A stretch of 63,978 nucleotides of DNA, filler included, from an uncultured Myxococcia bacterium (GTDB taxonomy: Bacteria > CAZTWC01): NCBI GenBank assembly GCA_964617105.1. It is 15 parts of 15 records of this genome, joined end to end, with 100 filler letters (N's around TTAATTAATTAA, not from the genome) between each part and the next. Parts side by side here need not be neighbours in the genome. Positions count along the whole stretch, not along the records: positions 26,930 to 31,277 come from CAZTWC010000304.1; positions 31,378 to 35,704 come from CAZTWC010000305.1; positions 35,805 to 40,130 come from CAZTWC010000306.1; 12 more parts are not named here. One strand, 5' to 3'. The notes beneath the pieces are model-generated. The model searched no databases, was not told the DNA's origin, and saw only the letters and a program-made list of their open reading frames with translations. The position numbers and the translations under genes were made by a program. How positions within the stretch are numbered: position 1 is the first letter of the stretch; every line of letters starts with the position of its first letter. This document shows, piece by piece, positions 30,012-40,230 of this stretch.

Positions 30012-31277
30012 TTATTTAGCCTCAAATGTATACAAAGTGCCAAAATTATTGGTGCCATTTCCCTTTTCTCCCACTACTATCCCCTGGCAATGTCCTGGCC
30101 GCCAGGTAATCCCCCTGATTGGGGCCGTGCCAGAATACCAGGTACTGATCAAGGCATCACTAAAATTTCCCGAAGCAAACCCGGGACCCGAATACACCTT
30201 CAGATAACCCATATTATTATATCCTCTTCCTCCCACTAAAGCATATTTTCCATCTGCCGTAAAGCCAATAGAATACAAATTCCAGTAGATAGAATTCTGG
30301 AAACTGAAACGTTCAAATTGCCAACCGTTGATATCGTATTTGCACACCATCCTGCCGGTCCTGGATAAAATCCAGGCCTCTTTGTGGCCAGGCCTAAAAA
30401 CAACTTTACTGGGATTGCCGCTGTAACCATAGCCAATATTATAATTCCATTGGTCGGTGGAAGGGATATACTGCCAAACCTGAACGGCATTGACCCCTAT
30501 GGTTACTAATATGAAAGGATAAAAATCTATGGAGCCATAGGCGATGCTAGTGGCACCTATACCGTTTTTATACTGCCTGCTGACTTCTCTTATTGAGCCA
30601 GTTGAGAGTTGGTATTCATATAGCACTATACCATTGGACGATAAACGGTTATACAAATTGGCCACTAAATAGAAAACATTTTTATCCTTTGCATAGGAGA
30701 TACCAACAAACTGCTGATTGCTGGCGAAACCAGAAGTAACTGCATAAAAATTGTTCTGATTGTGATTATATAGATAAAGGCAACTTCTATACGCTCTTGG
30801 GTCATTGGGATCATAACCATAGCCTGCTAAAAGGGCGTAATCGCCAGAGGGGGTAAAAGATACAGCCCGTAAATGGCTGCAACGCTTGGCAAACAATACC
30901 AGAGTAGGTGGATTGACGGTGTTATCATACTTTAAAACCTCACCATTATCTCCAACTATCAGGGCATAATCACCAGAGGGATGGTAGGCAACATCAACCA
31001 GGTTCGAACTGGTCAGGATATGCTGAACTCTTTTGTAAATTACATTGGTGCTGCATGTTGGGGAGGAGGAATTCTCATCTATTAAGCCGCCAAAAGAATC
31101 TCCGCCCTGCCCTTGGCCTCCATCTTCGCCAATTCCTTCATCAGAATTTCCAAAATCTTGATAGTCTTGGGACTCAAAACCGGCATCTATGTCATCATTT
31201 AATCCATCACTATCATTGTAACTTCCGGCATCCTGGGTTTGCCCACCCTGCTCATTGGTGGTTCCGGCATCCTGGAA
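30012..31277 (-). CDS. Beta-propeller surface protein with acidic DAG-repeat linker (5' partial; longer than the listed ORF)
   Basis: Frame is open to the contig edge: QDAGTT...QDAGSY...DAGFE, then repeats VAYHPSGDYALIVG, VSFTPSGDYALLAG, IGFTADGKYALVGG. Confidence 0.7.
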   Translation of the reverse strand, partial: FQDAGTTNEQGGQTQDAGSYNDSDGLNDDIDAGFESQDYQDFGNSDEGIGEDGGQGQGGDSFGGLIDENSSSPTCSTNVIYKRVQHILTSSNLVDVAYHPSGDYALIVGDNGEVLKYDNTVNPPTLVLFAKRCSHLRAVSFTPSGDYALLAGYGYDPNDPRAYRSCLYLYNHNQNNFYAVTSGFASNQQFVGISYAKDKNVFYLVANLYNRLSSNGIVLYEYQLSTGSIREVSRQYKNGIGATSIAYGSIDFYPFILVTIGVNAVQVWQYIPSTDQWNYNIGYGYSGNPSKVVFRPGHKEAWILSRTGRMVCKYDINGWQFERFSFQNSIYWNLYSIGFTADGKYALVGGRGYNNMGYLKVYSGPGFASGNFSDALISTWYSGTAPIRGITWRPGHCQGIVVGEKGNGTNNFGTLYTFEAK

Positions 31278-31377
31278 NNNNNNNNNNNNNNNNNNNNNNN
31301 NNNNNNNNNNNNNNNNNNNNNTTAATTAATTAANNNNNNNNNNNNNNNNNNNNNNNNNNNNNNNNNNNNNNNNNNNN

Positions 31378-31426
31378 CAAAAAAATGGCCCGGCAGATGT
31401 TGAAGTATCAAGAAGATCTGTTTTAA
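31378..31426 (+). CDS. C-terminus of a probable TatT (TPR lipoprotein of TPAT systems)
   Basis: KKMARQMLKYQEDLF* directly upstream of dctP. Confidence 0.5.
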
Positions 31427-31512
31427 TTTGTCGCTAACTTGAATTAACCACACGATAGACGGCATCTTGGCGAAGGGCGTTGATGTCACATAAACTTAAT
31501 TGGGAGGTATCA

Positions 31513-32541
31513 ATGAAACCGGTAAAACTAATGCTAATTATTACCCTATTGGCCGGATTTGTAATCACTGGTTTGGCACCATCCACAGCCACCGCTAAAG
31601 TCAGGCTTAAATTAGCCACCTTAGCGCCTGATGGCTCTACCTGGATGAAGGCTTTTAACAAGTTTGCACGCGAAATTAAAAAGCAAACCAAAGGGGAAGT
31701 CAAATTTAAAGTTTATTCCGGCGGTGTTTCCGGAGATGAAAAAGATGTGCTTCGAAAAATAAGAGTTGGCCAACTTCATGGCGCCGCCTTTACCGGCATC
31801 GGCATGGGAGATATTTTGCCTATGACCAGGATTTTGGAAACTCCTTTGCTCTTTAATAATCTGAAAGAGTTTGATTATGTGCGTGATCAAATCAAACCGG
31901 TTTTTACCAAAAAATTTGCAGAGAAAGGTTTTGTCCTTCTGGCATTGCTGGAGACAGGTTGGGTAAATATTTTCTCTAATAAAAAAGTGACCTCCAAAGC
32001 GGATATGAAAGGGATAAAGGCCTGGGCGTGGGAAGGCGATCCCATGTCTCAAATCATCTTTAACGAATTAAAACTGGTTCCCATTCCTCTGTCACTACCA
32101 GATGTGATGACCTCCCTGCAAACCGGTTTGATTGATGCGGTTTACGCACCGCCCATGGCGGCTGTGGCCCTGCAGTGGTTTACCAAAGTAAAGTATGTCA
32201 CCGATGTAAAACTTGCCAATGCCATTGCCGGTATCCTGATCCAAACAAAAAGATTTGACAAAATTAAACCTGAACACAAAAAAATCATGTTCGAGTTGGC
32301 CGCCAAACTGGAAAAAGAATTAAATGCCAAATCTCGACAGGAAAACCAGGAAGCCATGGAAACCATTAAAAAGAATGGCATAAAAACTGTGGCCGTGGAC
32401 GATAAAAACATGAAAGAACTGGTCAGTGTATGCTCCAATGTAAAGAAAAAAATGGTTGGCAAAATTTTCCCTGCCTCCCTTTTAAGTCAGGTTGAGGGAT
32501 ATATCCAAGAATTCAGAACCAATCAAAAACAGGCAAAATAG
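31513..32541 (+). CDS. dctP: TRAP transporter substrate-binding protein
   Basis: LKLATLAPDGSTW, GDEKDVLRKIRVGQLHG, SLQTGLID; RBS GGGAGG. Confidence 0.95.
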   Translation: MKPVKLMLIITLLAGFVITGLAPSTATAKVRLKLATLAPDGSTWMKAFNKFAREIKKQTKGEVKFKVYSGGVSGDEKDVLRKIRVGQLHGAAFTGIGMGDILPMTRILETPLLFNNLKEFDYVRDQIKPVFTKKFAEKGFVLLALLETGWVNIFSNKKVTSKADMKGIKAWAWEGDPMSQIIFNELKLVPIPLSLPDVMTSLQTGLIDAVYAPPMAAVALQWFTKVKYVTDVKLANAIAGILIQTKRFDKIKPEHKKIMFELAAKLEKELNAKSRQENQEAMETIKKNGIKTVAVDDKNMKELVSVCSNVKKKMVGKIFPASLLSQVEGYIQEFRTNQKQAK

Positions 32542-32544
32542 ACT

Positions 32545-33057
32545 ATGAATATACTGCAAAAAATCAACCATTATTTCGCCAAAGNNNNNNNNNNNNNNNN
32601 NNNNNNNNNNNNNNNNNNNNNNNNNNNNNNNNCATTTTTACAAGTTACCTTGCGCAATGTTTTCGGCAGCGGTTTTACCTGGGCCGATGTCTTTATCAGA
32701 CATCTGGTGCTTTGGGTTGGTTTTATCGGCGCCTCCCTGGCCACCATGGAAGGCCGGCACATCAACATCGATATCGTTTCCAAACTACTATCACCCTCGC
32801 AACGGCGCTGGTCAGAGTTGGTAACCAACTTATTTGCCACTTTTATCTCTTTTATGCTCTCTTATGCATCCTACCTGTTTGTCGCCATGGAAAAAGAAGC
32901 GGGTTCCAAGTTGTTTATGGAGATTCCCACCTGGATATTCCAATTGATCCTTCCGCTAGCATTTTTTGTTATGGGGTTTAGATTTTTTACCAGGTTTTTA
33001 GAAACTGCCCTTGCTCATCACCTGCAGCATAAGCACAATAGGGGAGGTCAAAAATAG
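32545..33057 (+). CDS. dctQ: TRAP transporter small permease (internal N gap 32585-32632)
   Basis: LWVGFIGASLA...RHINID motif. Confidence 0.9.
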   Translation: MNILQKINHYFAKXXXXXXXXXXXXXXXXXFLQVTLRNVFGSGFTWADVFIRHLVLWVGFIGASLATMEGRHINIDIVSKLLSPSQRRWSELVTNLFATFISFMLSYASYLFVAMEKEAGSKLFMEIPTWIFQLILPLAFFVMGFRFFTRFLETALAHHLQHKHNRGGQK

Positions 33058-34335
33058 ATGATAGCGTTAATCGGTATAATAATAGTATTGCTGGCCCTGA
33101 TGGGCGCTCCACTCTTTTCCATACTTGGCAGTGTGGCAATTTTATGCTTTTACCTGGCCGATATCAGTCTGGCTGCCATTGTGATCGAAATGTATCGCAT
33201 TGCCAGCGCCCCTACCCTGCTGACTATCCCTCTTTTTACCTTTGCCGGCTATATAATGGCGGAAAGCAATACTCCCAAACGGATTGTGGACCTCTCCCGG
33301 GCTTTTTTGGGCTGGTTGCCCGGTGGACTGGCCATTGTAGCGCTTTTTGCCTGCGCCTTTTTTACCGCCTTTACCGGCGCTTCTGGCGTCACCATCATCG
33401 CCATGGGCGGCCTGATGTTTCCTATTCTGCTCAAAGAAAATTACCAGGAACGCTTTGCCCTGGGACTATTAACTGCCGGCGGCAGCCGGGGGCTCCTGTT
33501 TCCACCCAGTTTACCCCTGATTCTGTTCGGTTTGGTAGCTGGCACCAGTATAGACAAACTGTTTGTGGCTGGATTCCTGCCCGGTATGGTCACCATGATA
33601 GTGCTAATGATCTACTGTATCTACACAGGAAAAATCAACAAAGTTACCCGGCAAAAATTTAAAATCAAAGAGTGTTGGCGCTCTTTTCGGGCGGCTATAT
33701 GGGAAGTGCCTCTCCCCTTTATTATTTTAGGCGGCATTTACGGTGGTTTCTTTACCGCCAGTGAAGCGGCGGCGGTTACCGCTTTCTACGTGTTGATCGT
33801 GGAAGTTTTCATCTACCGGGACATAAACCTGTTCAAAGATATGCCCGTAATTATCAGGGACAGCATGGTGCTGGTGGGGGGTATTTTGGTAATCCTGGGC
33901 ACGGCCATGGGCCTGACTAATTACCTGATTGACGAAGAAATACCCATGAAAATTTTGGCGATGATGAAAACCTACATCTCCAGCAAAATAATGTTCCTGG
34001 TGGTGCTGAATGTATTCCTGCTAATAGTGGGTTGCCTGATGGATATCTTCTCTGCCATCATAGTGGTTGTTCCTCTGATTACTCCTATTGCGGTATCTTT
34101 TGGGGTTGACCCGGTTCATCTGGGAATCATCTTTCTTACCAACCTGGAGATCGGTTACTCCACCCCGCCGGTAGGGATAAACCTGTTTGTAGCCTCCTAC
34201 CGTTTCCAGAGGCCGGTGGTTTCCTTGTATCGAGCCACCCTTCCCTTCCTGCTGCTGATGATGATAGCACTAATCATTATCACTTATGTGCCTCAGGTGA
34301 GCCTGTTCCTGGTGGAATATTTAGGGATACAGTAG
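33058..34335 (+). CDS. dctM: TRAP transporter large permease
   Basis: TIPLFTFAG, PPSLP, TASEAAA and TPPVGINLF motifs. Confidence 0.95.
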   Translation: MIALIGIIIVLLALMGAPLFSILGSVAILCFYLADISLAAIVIEMYRIASAPTLLTIPLFTFAGYIMAESNTPKRIVDLSRAFLGWLPGGLAIVALFACAFFTAFTGASGVTIIAMGGLMFPILLKENYQERFALGLLTAGGSRGLLFPPSLPLILFGLVAGTSIDKLFVAGFLPGMVTMIVLMIYCIYTGKINKVTRQKFKIKECWRSFRAAIWEVPLPFIILGGIYGGFFTASEAAAVTAFYVLIVEVFIYRDINLFKDMPVIIRDSMVLVGGILVILGTAMGLTNYLIDEEIPMKILAMMKTYISSKIMFLVVLNVFLLIVGCLMDIFSAIIVVVPLITPIAVSFGVDPVHLGIIFLTNLEIGYSTPPVGINLFVASYRFQRPVVSLYRATLPFLLLMMIALIIITYVPQVSLFLVEYLGIQ

Positions 34336-34339
34336 ATAA

Positions 34340-35509
34340 CTAAAGCCGTTCCCCCATAACAATCTCTTCTGCGACCTTTTTGTAGTTTTTATCCAGAACA
34401 AATACCTGTTCAATAGATTCGACTTTTTGATGCGGTATCGAGTTAAGCACTTTTTCGACTACTTCTACAATTTTATGGAAGGCCAACTGTCTCCGTAAAA
34501 AGGCGGCCACCGCCACTTCGTTAGCAGCATTAAAGGCGATAGGGGCACTTTTACCCTCTTTTAGCGATTGAAAGGCCAGTTGTGGAGCTTTAAATCGTTT
34601 ATAATCCAAGGGTATCAAAGTCATGGAAACGGGTTGGCTAAAATCGAAACGGGTTACGCTCATCTCCAGCCGCTCTGGAAAACCCAGGGCATAGGCGATG
34701 GGAGTACGCATATCCGGACTGCCCATCTGTGAGATCAGGGCCCCATCCCAATACTCCACCATCGAATGGATTATCCCCTGGGGGTGGATAACAATGTCGA
34801 TTCTTTCCGGCTCCACCTCAAAAAGGTAATGGGCTTCTATCACCTCCAGCCCTTTGTTCATCAGAGTAGCGGAGTCGATGCTGATTTTTTTGCCCATGGA
34901 CCAAACCGGATGAGATAGAGCCATCTCTACGGTGATCTCCGGGAACTTCTCCAGAGGATAGTTCAGAAATGGTCCCCCGGAAGCGGTTAACAATAGTCGC
35001 TTTATCTGCCGCTGATCATGGCCGATAATCGACTGAAAGATAGCGGAATGTTCCGAGTCAACCGGGATTATCTTCACCCATCTGCGCCGGGCCTCGGCCA
35101 TAAAGAGTTCTCCAGCCATCACCAAAGACTCTTTGTTAGCCAAGGCTATGTCTGAGCCGCTCTTGACCGATTCAAAGGCGGTGCGTAATCCTGCCCCGCC
35201 ACTAATGGCGCAAACTGCTAAATCAGCCCCGCTGCGAGCCATTTGCAAAAAACCCTCCTCACCCCACACCACCTCTAACTTTTGACCCGCCAGCAAACTC
35301 TTGAGTTGCTTGGCATCATCCTCTCTGAGCACTACTGCCAGCCTGGGAGCAAACTCTTGGCACTGTTGCGCCAACAACTCCACATTATTACCGCAACTTA
35401 AGGCTATCACCTCATAGTTATCTTTAAAACGCTTCACCACATCCATGGTATTTTTACCCACAGAACCGGTGGAGCCAAAAACCGCCAAGGACTTAGTCAT
35501 GCTACGCAC
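34340..35509 (-). CDS. dxr: 1-deoxy-D-xylulose-5-phosphate reductoisomerase
   Basis: GSTGSVG, LANKES, PVDSEH, TASGGPF, MNKGLEVIEAH and NAANE motifs. Confidence 0.97.
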   Translation of the reverse strand: MRSMTKSLAVFGSTGSVGKNTMDVVKRFKDNYEVIALSCGNNVELLAQQCQEFAPRLAVVLREDDAKQLKSLLAGQKLEVVWGEEGFLQMARSGADLAVCAISGGAGLRTAFESVKSGSDIALANKESLVMAGELFMAEARRRWVKIIPVDSEHSAIFQSIIGHDQRQIKRLLLTASGGPFLNYPLEKFPEITVEMALSHPVWSMGKKISIDSATLMNKGLEVIEAHYLFEVEPERIDIVIHPQGIIHSMVEYWDGALISQMGSPDMRTPIAYALGFPERLEMSVTRFDFSQPVSMTLIPLDYKRFKAPQLAFQSLKEGKSAPIAFNAANEVAVAAFLRRQLAFHKIVEVVEKVLNSIPHQKVESIEQVFVLDKNYKKVAEEIVMGERL

Positions 35510-35529
35510 GCCCCTCTCCGCTGCCGTTT

Positions 35530-35704
35530 TCAGACAAAATAAAAATAGAGTAAAGGAACCACAAAAATAAAGGCATCCACCCGATCAAGCAGCCCACCGT
35601 GACCAGGCAGGATAGTACCTGAATCCTTAACCCCAAAACTTCTCTTGATCAAAGATTCGCAAAAATCCCCCACCGGCCCTGCAATAGAAACTAACACCGC
35701 TAAT
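35530..35704 (-). CDS. cdsA: Phosphatidate cytidylyltransferase, C-terminal fragment (not in ORF track)
   Basis: [32 protein letters not shown]; upstream of dxr. Confidence 0.93.
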
Positions 35705-35804
35705 NNNNNNNNNNNNNNNNNNNNNNNNNNNNNNNNNNNNNNNNNNNNTTAATTAATTAANNNNNNNNNNNNNNNNNNNNNNNNNNNNNNNNNNNNNNNN
35801 NNNN

Positions 35805-36314
35805 CCAATTGCGGGGGCCTACAAAATGAGCTACGATTTGTCCAGTCGGAGTAATTAAAAAAGACTCTGGGAATTTTCCCACTTTATAGGCTTCAGCCGA
35901 TCTTTTAGTCGCATCCAGACCTATTGGAAATGGAGGTGGGCCGTGGAAGAAAAAGGAGTCTATTTTGGACCAGTTTTTATCTACGCTAATTGCCAGGAGT
36001 TCTAATCCTTTTCCTTTAAACTCTTTATACAATTGAATCATGGAGGGTAACTCCTCTCGGCAGGGAGCGCACCAGGTGGCCCAGAAATTTAGTAATAGCA
36101 ATTTTCCCTCAAAGGATTTATGTGTTATAATATTGCTGTTTTTCAGGCTGGCAGAAAAGGGGATAACCGGCTTTTTCATCTCCTTTGGCTCCATGACGGC
36201 CCGGGCTTTCTCCCATGAGATATAGTAGTGGCTGCCAATTTTCCCTACCAAAACCAGGCAGATGGAGGCAACGGTAAGGAACAGGAACAACATTTTGATT
36301 GAACGATTTTTCAT
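35805..36314 (-). CDS. TlpA/ResA-like thiol-disulfide oxidoreductase (3' partial)
   Basis: N-terminal anchor; LNFWATWCAPCREELP. Confidence 0.9.
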
Positions 36315-36395
36315 AATAAAAACTAATTTACCACAAGGGAGCAAGGCCATCAATAGATTCCTGGAATTAACTTCGCAGCACAAGGGAGTTTCCAG

Positions 36396-37142
36396 ATGGA
36401 CACTAAAATAAAAACCTGGCCTGAGATAATCGGGGTTTATACAGTTCTGCTGCTTATTTTAACCATACTGTATCAATTGCGCCACCTGGCTTTAATCAAC
36501 CAGATAATTTTGGCTATTGCCGCTTTGCTATTTATCTATCTGCCCCATTTGACCGGCAAGATCTTCCGCCGCTCATTTCCAGATAATTTTTTCTTCCCAG
36601 GCTTTACTTCCAGAGAAGATGGCCCCGGCGCCAAACCATTGCACTTCAAGGGTTTGACACCGATTTTAAAGAAGGATTTAAAGGCTTTTTTACTGGCCTG
36701 TGCCCTGATATTACCCCCTTTTACAATAGGATATGGGCTGTATGCCAGATATCTCTTTAACCGCTCCCTGGCAGAGGTGGATTTTGGCCTTTTTCCCCAT
36801 ATCTTCCCATTTATTCTAACCAACCTGCTTTTAATCTCCTTTCCAGAAGAGTATTTCTATCGCGGTTATCTACAGTCCAGGCTCAATGCCCTTTATGCAC
36901 GGCATTGGAAAATTGGCCCGGTCTTCATAGGTCCATCTCTGCTTATCACGGCCCTGCTGTTTGGGTTGGGCCATGTGATAGTGGGATTCGACCCCCTGAG
37001 GGTGGTAGTATTTTTTCCAGCGTTGATTTTTGGGTATCTGCGGGAATACAGTGGATCAATTATCTCGCCCATCCTCTTTCACGCCGCCTGCAACATCTAC
37101 ATAGCTATCATGGAGGCATCTTTTTTAGGTCTGCACAGATGA
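36396..37142 (+). CDS. CPBP (CAAX-II) glutamic intramembrane protease, myxosortase/JDVT-CTERM-protease-like
   Basis: PEEYFYRGYLQ, LFGLGH, R..VFFPALIFGYLRE and FHAACN motifs. Confidence 0.85.
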   Translation: MDTKIKTWPEIIGVYTVLLLILTILYQLRHLALINQIILAIAALLFIYLPHLTGKIFRRSFPDNFFFPGFTSREDGPGAKPLHFKGLTPILKKDLKAFLLACALILPPFTIGYGLYARYLFNRSLAEVDFGLFPHIFPFILTNLLLISFPEEYFYRGYLQSRLNALYARHWKIGPVFIGPSLLITALLFGLGHVIVGFDPLRVVVFFPALIFGYLREYSGSIISPILFHAACNIYIAIMEASFLGLHR

Positions 37143-37157
37143 AGCCCGGGAAAATTT

Positions 37158-37583
37158 TTATTGGCAACTGCAGGAAGATTTTGGGATATCGCAGGTTGAG
37201 GTCAGGTGGCAGAGAATTCCGTCCTGGTTGATGCACCATTGGTCATTTTTGGCGGATTCGCCGGAGCAGTTGCCCTTGGTAATGGCTCTGAAAGTATCGG
37301 CACTGGCGCTGATATCGGTTGCATCAATGGAATAGGGTCCTTTGGTCATCTTGGCCCCGAAATTTTCCAGGTCGGTAGAGATGGCGGTATAGGTGCCCTT
37401 GAGAGCCCGGTACTGCTCCTGGGCGGCCCTTAACTCCTCCAGTATAAGTTTGCCCTGCTGGGCTTTTGACCTGGCAACATAGGCCCGGTATTGCGGAACT
37501 GCCATGGCAGCCAAAATACCGATGATAGCCACAACTATCAATAATTCAACTAAACTGAAGCCAAAAGCATTAGATTTTTTCAT
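37158..37583 (-). CDS. Type IV pilin
   Basis: Class III signal G|FSLVELLIVVAIIGILAAMAVPQY; C-terminal cysteines. Confidence 0.92.
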   Translation of the reverse strand: MKKSNAFGFSLVELLIVVAIIGILAAMAVPQYRAYVARSKAQQGKLILEELRAAQEQYRALKGTYTAISTDLENFGAKMTKGPYSIDATDISASADTFRAITKGNCSGESAKNDQWCINQDGILCHLTSTCDIPKSSCSCQ

Positions 37584-37766
37584 CTTAGGTCCCCATTTTA
37601 AGATTCTGGTATTAACGCGAACTAGTCAGCATGAGCAATTATACCAGAGCATTTATATTAGTAATATCCAAAAATATTTTCAGCCAGAATTTTGAGCGAG
37701 TTTTTAGTTGCCGACTAAAACAGTTATTATAAATATAAAGGTCAAAGTATGTAAAGAAAAATTCGA

Positions 37767-37814
37767 CTAAGGGCTCACGCGAAAATGTGAAGTTATTTTT
37801 TAGTGAGCCCTTAG
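37767..37814. repeat. Perfect 12-bp inverted repeat in the pilin/amidohydrolase intergenic region
   Basis: CTAAGGGCTCAC...GTGAGCCCTTAG. Confidence 0.8.
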
Positions 37815-37857
37815 AACAGTAGTTTCAGGCAACTAACATGCGCCCCAAACAAATTTA

Positions 37858-37866
37858 TGCTATAAT
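37858..37866 (+). promoter_or_regulatory. Extended -10 promoter element for the amidohydrolase gene
   Basis: TGcTATAAT about 30 nt before the start; RBS AGGAG. Confidence 0.5.
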
Positions 37867-37897
37867 AAAAAAAATAGATTCATAATAACAGGAGCAA

Positions 37898-39238
37898 TTG
37901 ATGTCGTTATTGGCTGGTGATTTGTATATCAGGCAAGTAAATCTACTCGATTTTTCTCGGGAAGATTTTGTGGGAGAGATGGATATTTGGGTTAAAGATG
38001 GCCGTATCCATAAGATTTTACCCTCCGGGCCGCCTTCCCAGGCGTTGCCAGTTTCTTCGGACCAGGTTATTGATGGTAGCGATAGGTACCTGATTCCCGG
38101 ATTAATTGATTGTCATGTCCATCTGATCAGTCCTTTTTATTCCCCTGACGTGGAGGTAAAACTAGAGGGGTGGATGCTTAAGCAGATCAAGAAAAATTTG
38201 GCTGCTTTTCCCCGGGTCGGTGTCACCTGGGTGCGTGACCTTTTGTCTCCCATAACCTTGATCAGCATACTCAAACGATTAACTGAAACCGGTTACTTGT
38301 CCGGACCAGATATTGTATTCAGTGGTCCGATATTCAGTACCATAGGAGGCTATCCAGATTATTTGGATCCTCTTCCCGGTTTGTCCTCGATTATTACCGG
38401 TCAGATGAAAGTGGAGATCGATTCTTCCACAGACCTGGACAGATACTTCAAGTTTTTAAGCAAAATGGGGGCCACCTTTATCAAGGTAGGATTTCAGAAA
38501 GAGTTAGGATTATCGGGTTTACCTCCTTTGCCTTTACTATCCCCATCTATGTTAGACAAAGTGGTTAAGAGGGCTCATGCAAACCATCTGAAAGTAGCCA
38601 TCCATGTCTGTGAGAAGCAACAGATACTGCAGGCGGCTGAAAGTGGGGTGGATTCTATTGAACATATTGCCATAGACGGTATTCTGGATGATAGATGTTT
38701 CGATCTTATTCTGGATAAAGGGATCATTATGGTCCCTACCCTCCATTGTTCTTATCGTTTTGCCCACTTTGAGACCACCTCAGATTATCTACATTCGCCC
38801 CAGGCATCGGAGAGGTTTGAACCTAAGGCTTTGAGAATTCTTCGACCTATATCCAGAAAGTGGAGTCAGGTCAGCGTAAAGCACCGGTTTAAAGATGTAA
38901 AATCCTATCGTCGTGAATATGATATTAATCAGAAGAATGCCAGGATATGCGTGGAGAGAGGGGTCACTTTGGCCACTGGCACTGATGGCGGGGCTTTTTC
39001 AACTTTTATGGGTGATACCATTGAGGAGATTAAAAATTTGTACCGGGCCGGTCTTTCCCGCCTGGAAGCGCTCAAAACCGCCACCCTGAACGCGGCTCAA
39101 CTTTTATCTCTGGAAGATCGTCTTAAGTTCACTGAAGGTTGCCGGGCGGACCTGGTTTTACTTAGCCAGAATCCCCTGAAAAACCTGGATAACTTGTATA
39201 AAGTGGAATACACAATTAAAAATGGCCGGGTGATTTAA
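37898..39238 (+). CDS. Metal-dependent amidohydrolase family protein
   Basis: PGLIDCHVH, KVAIH, DSIEH, GTDGG and G..ADLVLL motifs. Confidence 0.92.
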   Translation: MMSLLAGDLYIRQVNLLDFSREDFVGEMDIWVKDGRIHKILPSGPPSQALPVSSDQVIDGSDRYLIPGLIDCHVHLISPFYSPDVEVKLEGWMLKQIKKNLAAFPRVGVTWVRDLLSPITLISILKRLTETGYLSGPDIVFSGPIFSTIGGYPDYLDPLPGLSSIITGQMKVEIDSSTDLDRYFKFLSKMGATFIKVGFQKELGLSGLPPLPLLSPSMLDKVVKRAHANHLKVAIHVCEKQQILQAAESGVDSIEHIAIDGILDDRCFDLILDKGIIMVPTLHCSYRFAHFETTSDYLHSPQASERFEPKALRILRPISRKWSQVSVKHRFKDVKSYRREYDINQKNARICVERGVTLATGTDGGAFSTFMGDTIEEIKNLYRAGLSRLEALKTATLNAAQLLSLEDRLKFTEGCRADLVLLSQNPLKNLDNLYKVEYTIKNGRVI

Positions 39239-40130
39239 CCACCAGACTTAGTCCCCTGATCTCAACAATTTCCACTTGTTGCCCCTCCTCAACCTGGTCA
39301 AGGCAGAAACTCTTCCAATATTCACCATGCACAAAAATCTGACCCGGCAGGGGCGGTGAAATAACCTGAATTACGGTGCCTATTTCACCTATCAATCCGT
39401 CTTTGCCGGTTATCACTTTTTTTCGCTTGGCCTTAACCACATAATAGCCGGCCAGCAAGGTAAATAGAATAAATAGAAAAGTGACCGGGATCACGGTTGA
39501 CAGGGAAACACCATAGCCATCGCTAAAGGAAAAGTTTGGATTCATATCATCCACCAGTAGTAAAGAACCTAATATTAATGAAATAGCGCCGCCAATTCCC
39601 AGGGCGCCGAAACTGGATATATATATTTCTGCCACTAAAAGACACATGCCCAAAATGATTAAAAGCAAACCACCATAGTTAATGGGCAGTATCTGGAAGG
39701 AGATCATAGCCAGAAAGAGGCAAATTCCGCCCGCCACTCCCGGAAAAATGGCACCTGGATGGTAAAATTCCATCATCAGGCCCATCATGCCGATCATCAT
39801 TAAAAAATAGGCGATGTTGGGGTCGGCAAAAGTGTTGACCAGGGTTTGCTTGATATTCATCTTATTTCTAACCGTACCCACCCCGGCAGTATTTAATTTA
39901 ACCCGGCCTGCGGCGGTTTCCACAACCTGGCCATCCAGCCGCTGCATCAACTCCGGCAAATCCCGGCAGATCATATCGATAACCTTCTCCCGCAAGGCTT
40001 CCTGGTCGGTAATGGAAACCGCTTCCCGCACTGCTTTTTCCCCCCATTGGGCATTGCGTTTTCTCTGCTGGGCGATTCCGCGGATAAAGGCAGAGGCATC
40101 GTTGGTTACCTTGGTGTCGAGACCTACCTT
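39216..40130 (-). CDS. nfeD: NfeD membrane-bound serine protease-like protein (5' partial)
   Basis: KVTNDASAFIR...VREAVS...DPNIAYFL...PG..GG...VHGEYW. Confidence 0.9.
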   Translation of the reverse strand, partial: KVGLDTKVTNDASAFIRGIAQQRKRNAQWGEKAVREAVSITDQEALREKVIDMICRDLPELMQRLDGQVVETAAGRVKLNTAGVGTVRNKMNIKQTLVNTFADPNIAYFLMMIGMMGLMMEFYHPGAIFPGVAGGICLFLAMISFQILPINYGGLLLIILGMCLLVAEIYISSFGALGIGGAISLILGSLLLVDDMNPNFSFSDGYGVSLSTVIPVTFLFILFTLLAGYYVVKAKRKKVITGKDGLIGEIGTVIQVISPPLPGQIFVHGEYWKSFCLDQVEEGQQVEIVEIRGLSLVVKSPGHF

Positions 40131-40230
40131 NNNNNNNNNNNNNNNNNNNNNNNNNNNNNNNNNNNNNNNNNNNNTTAATTAATTAANNNNNNNNNNNNNN
40201 NNNNNNNNNNNNNNNNNNNNNNNNNNNNNN

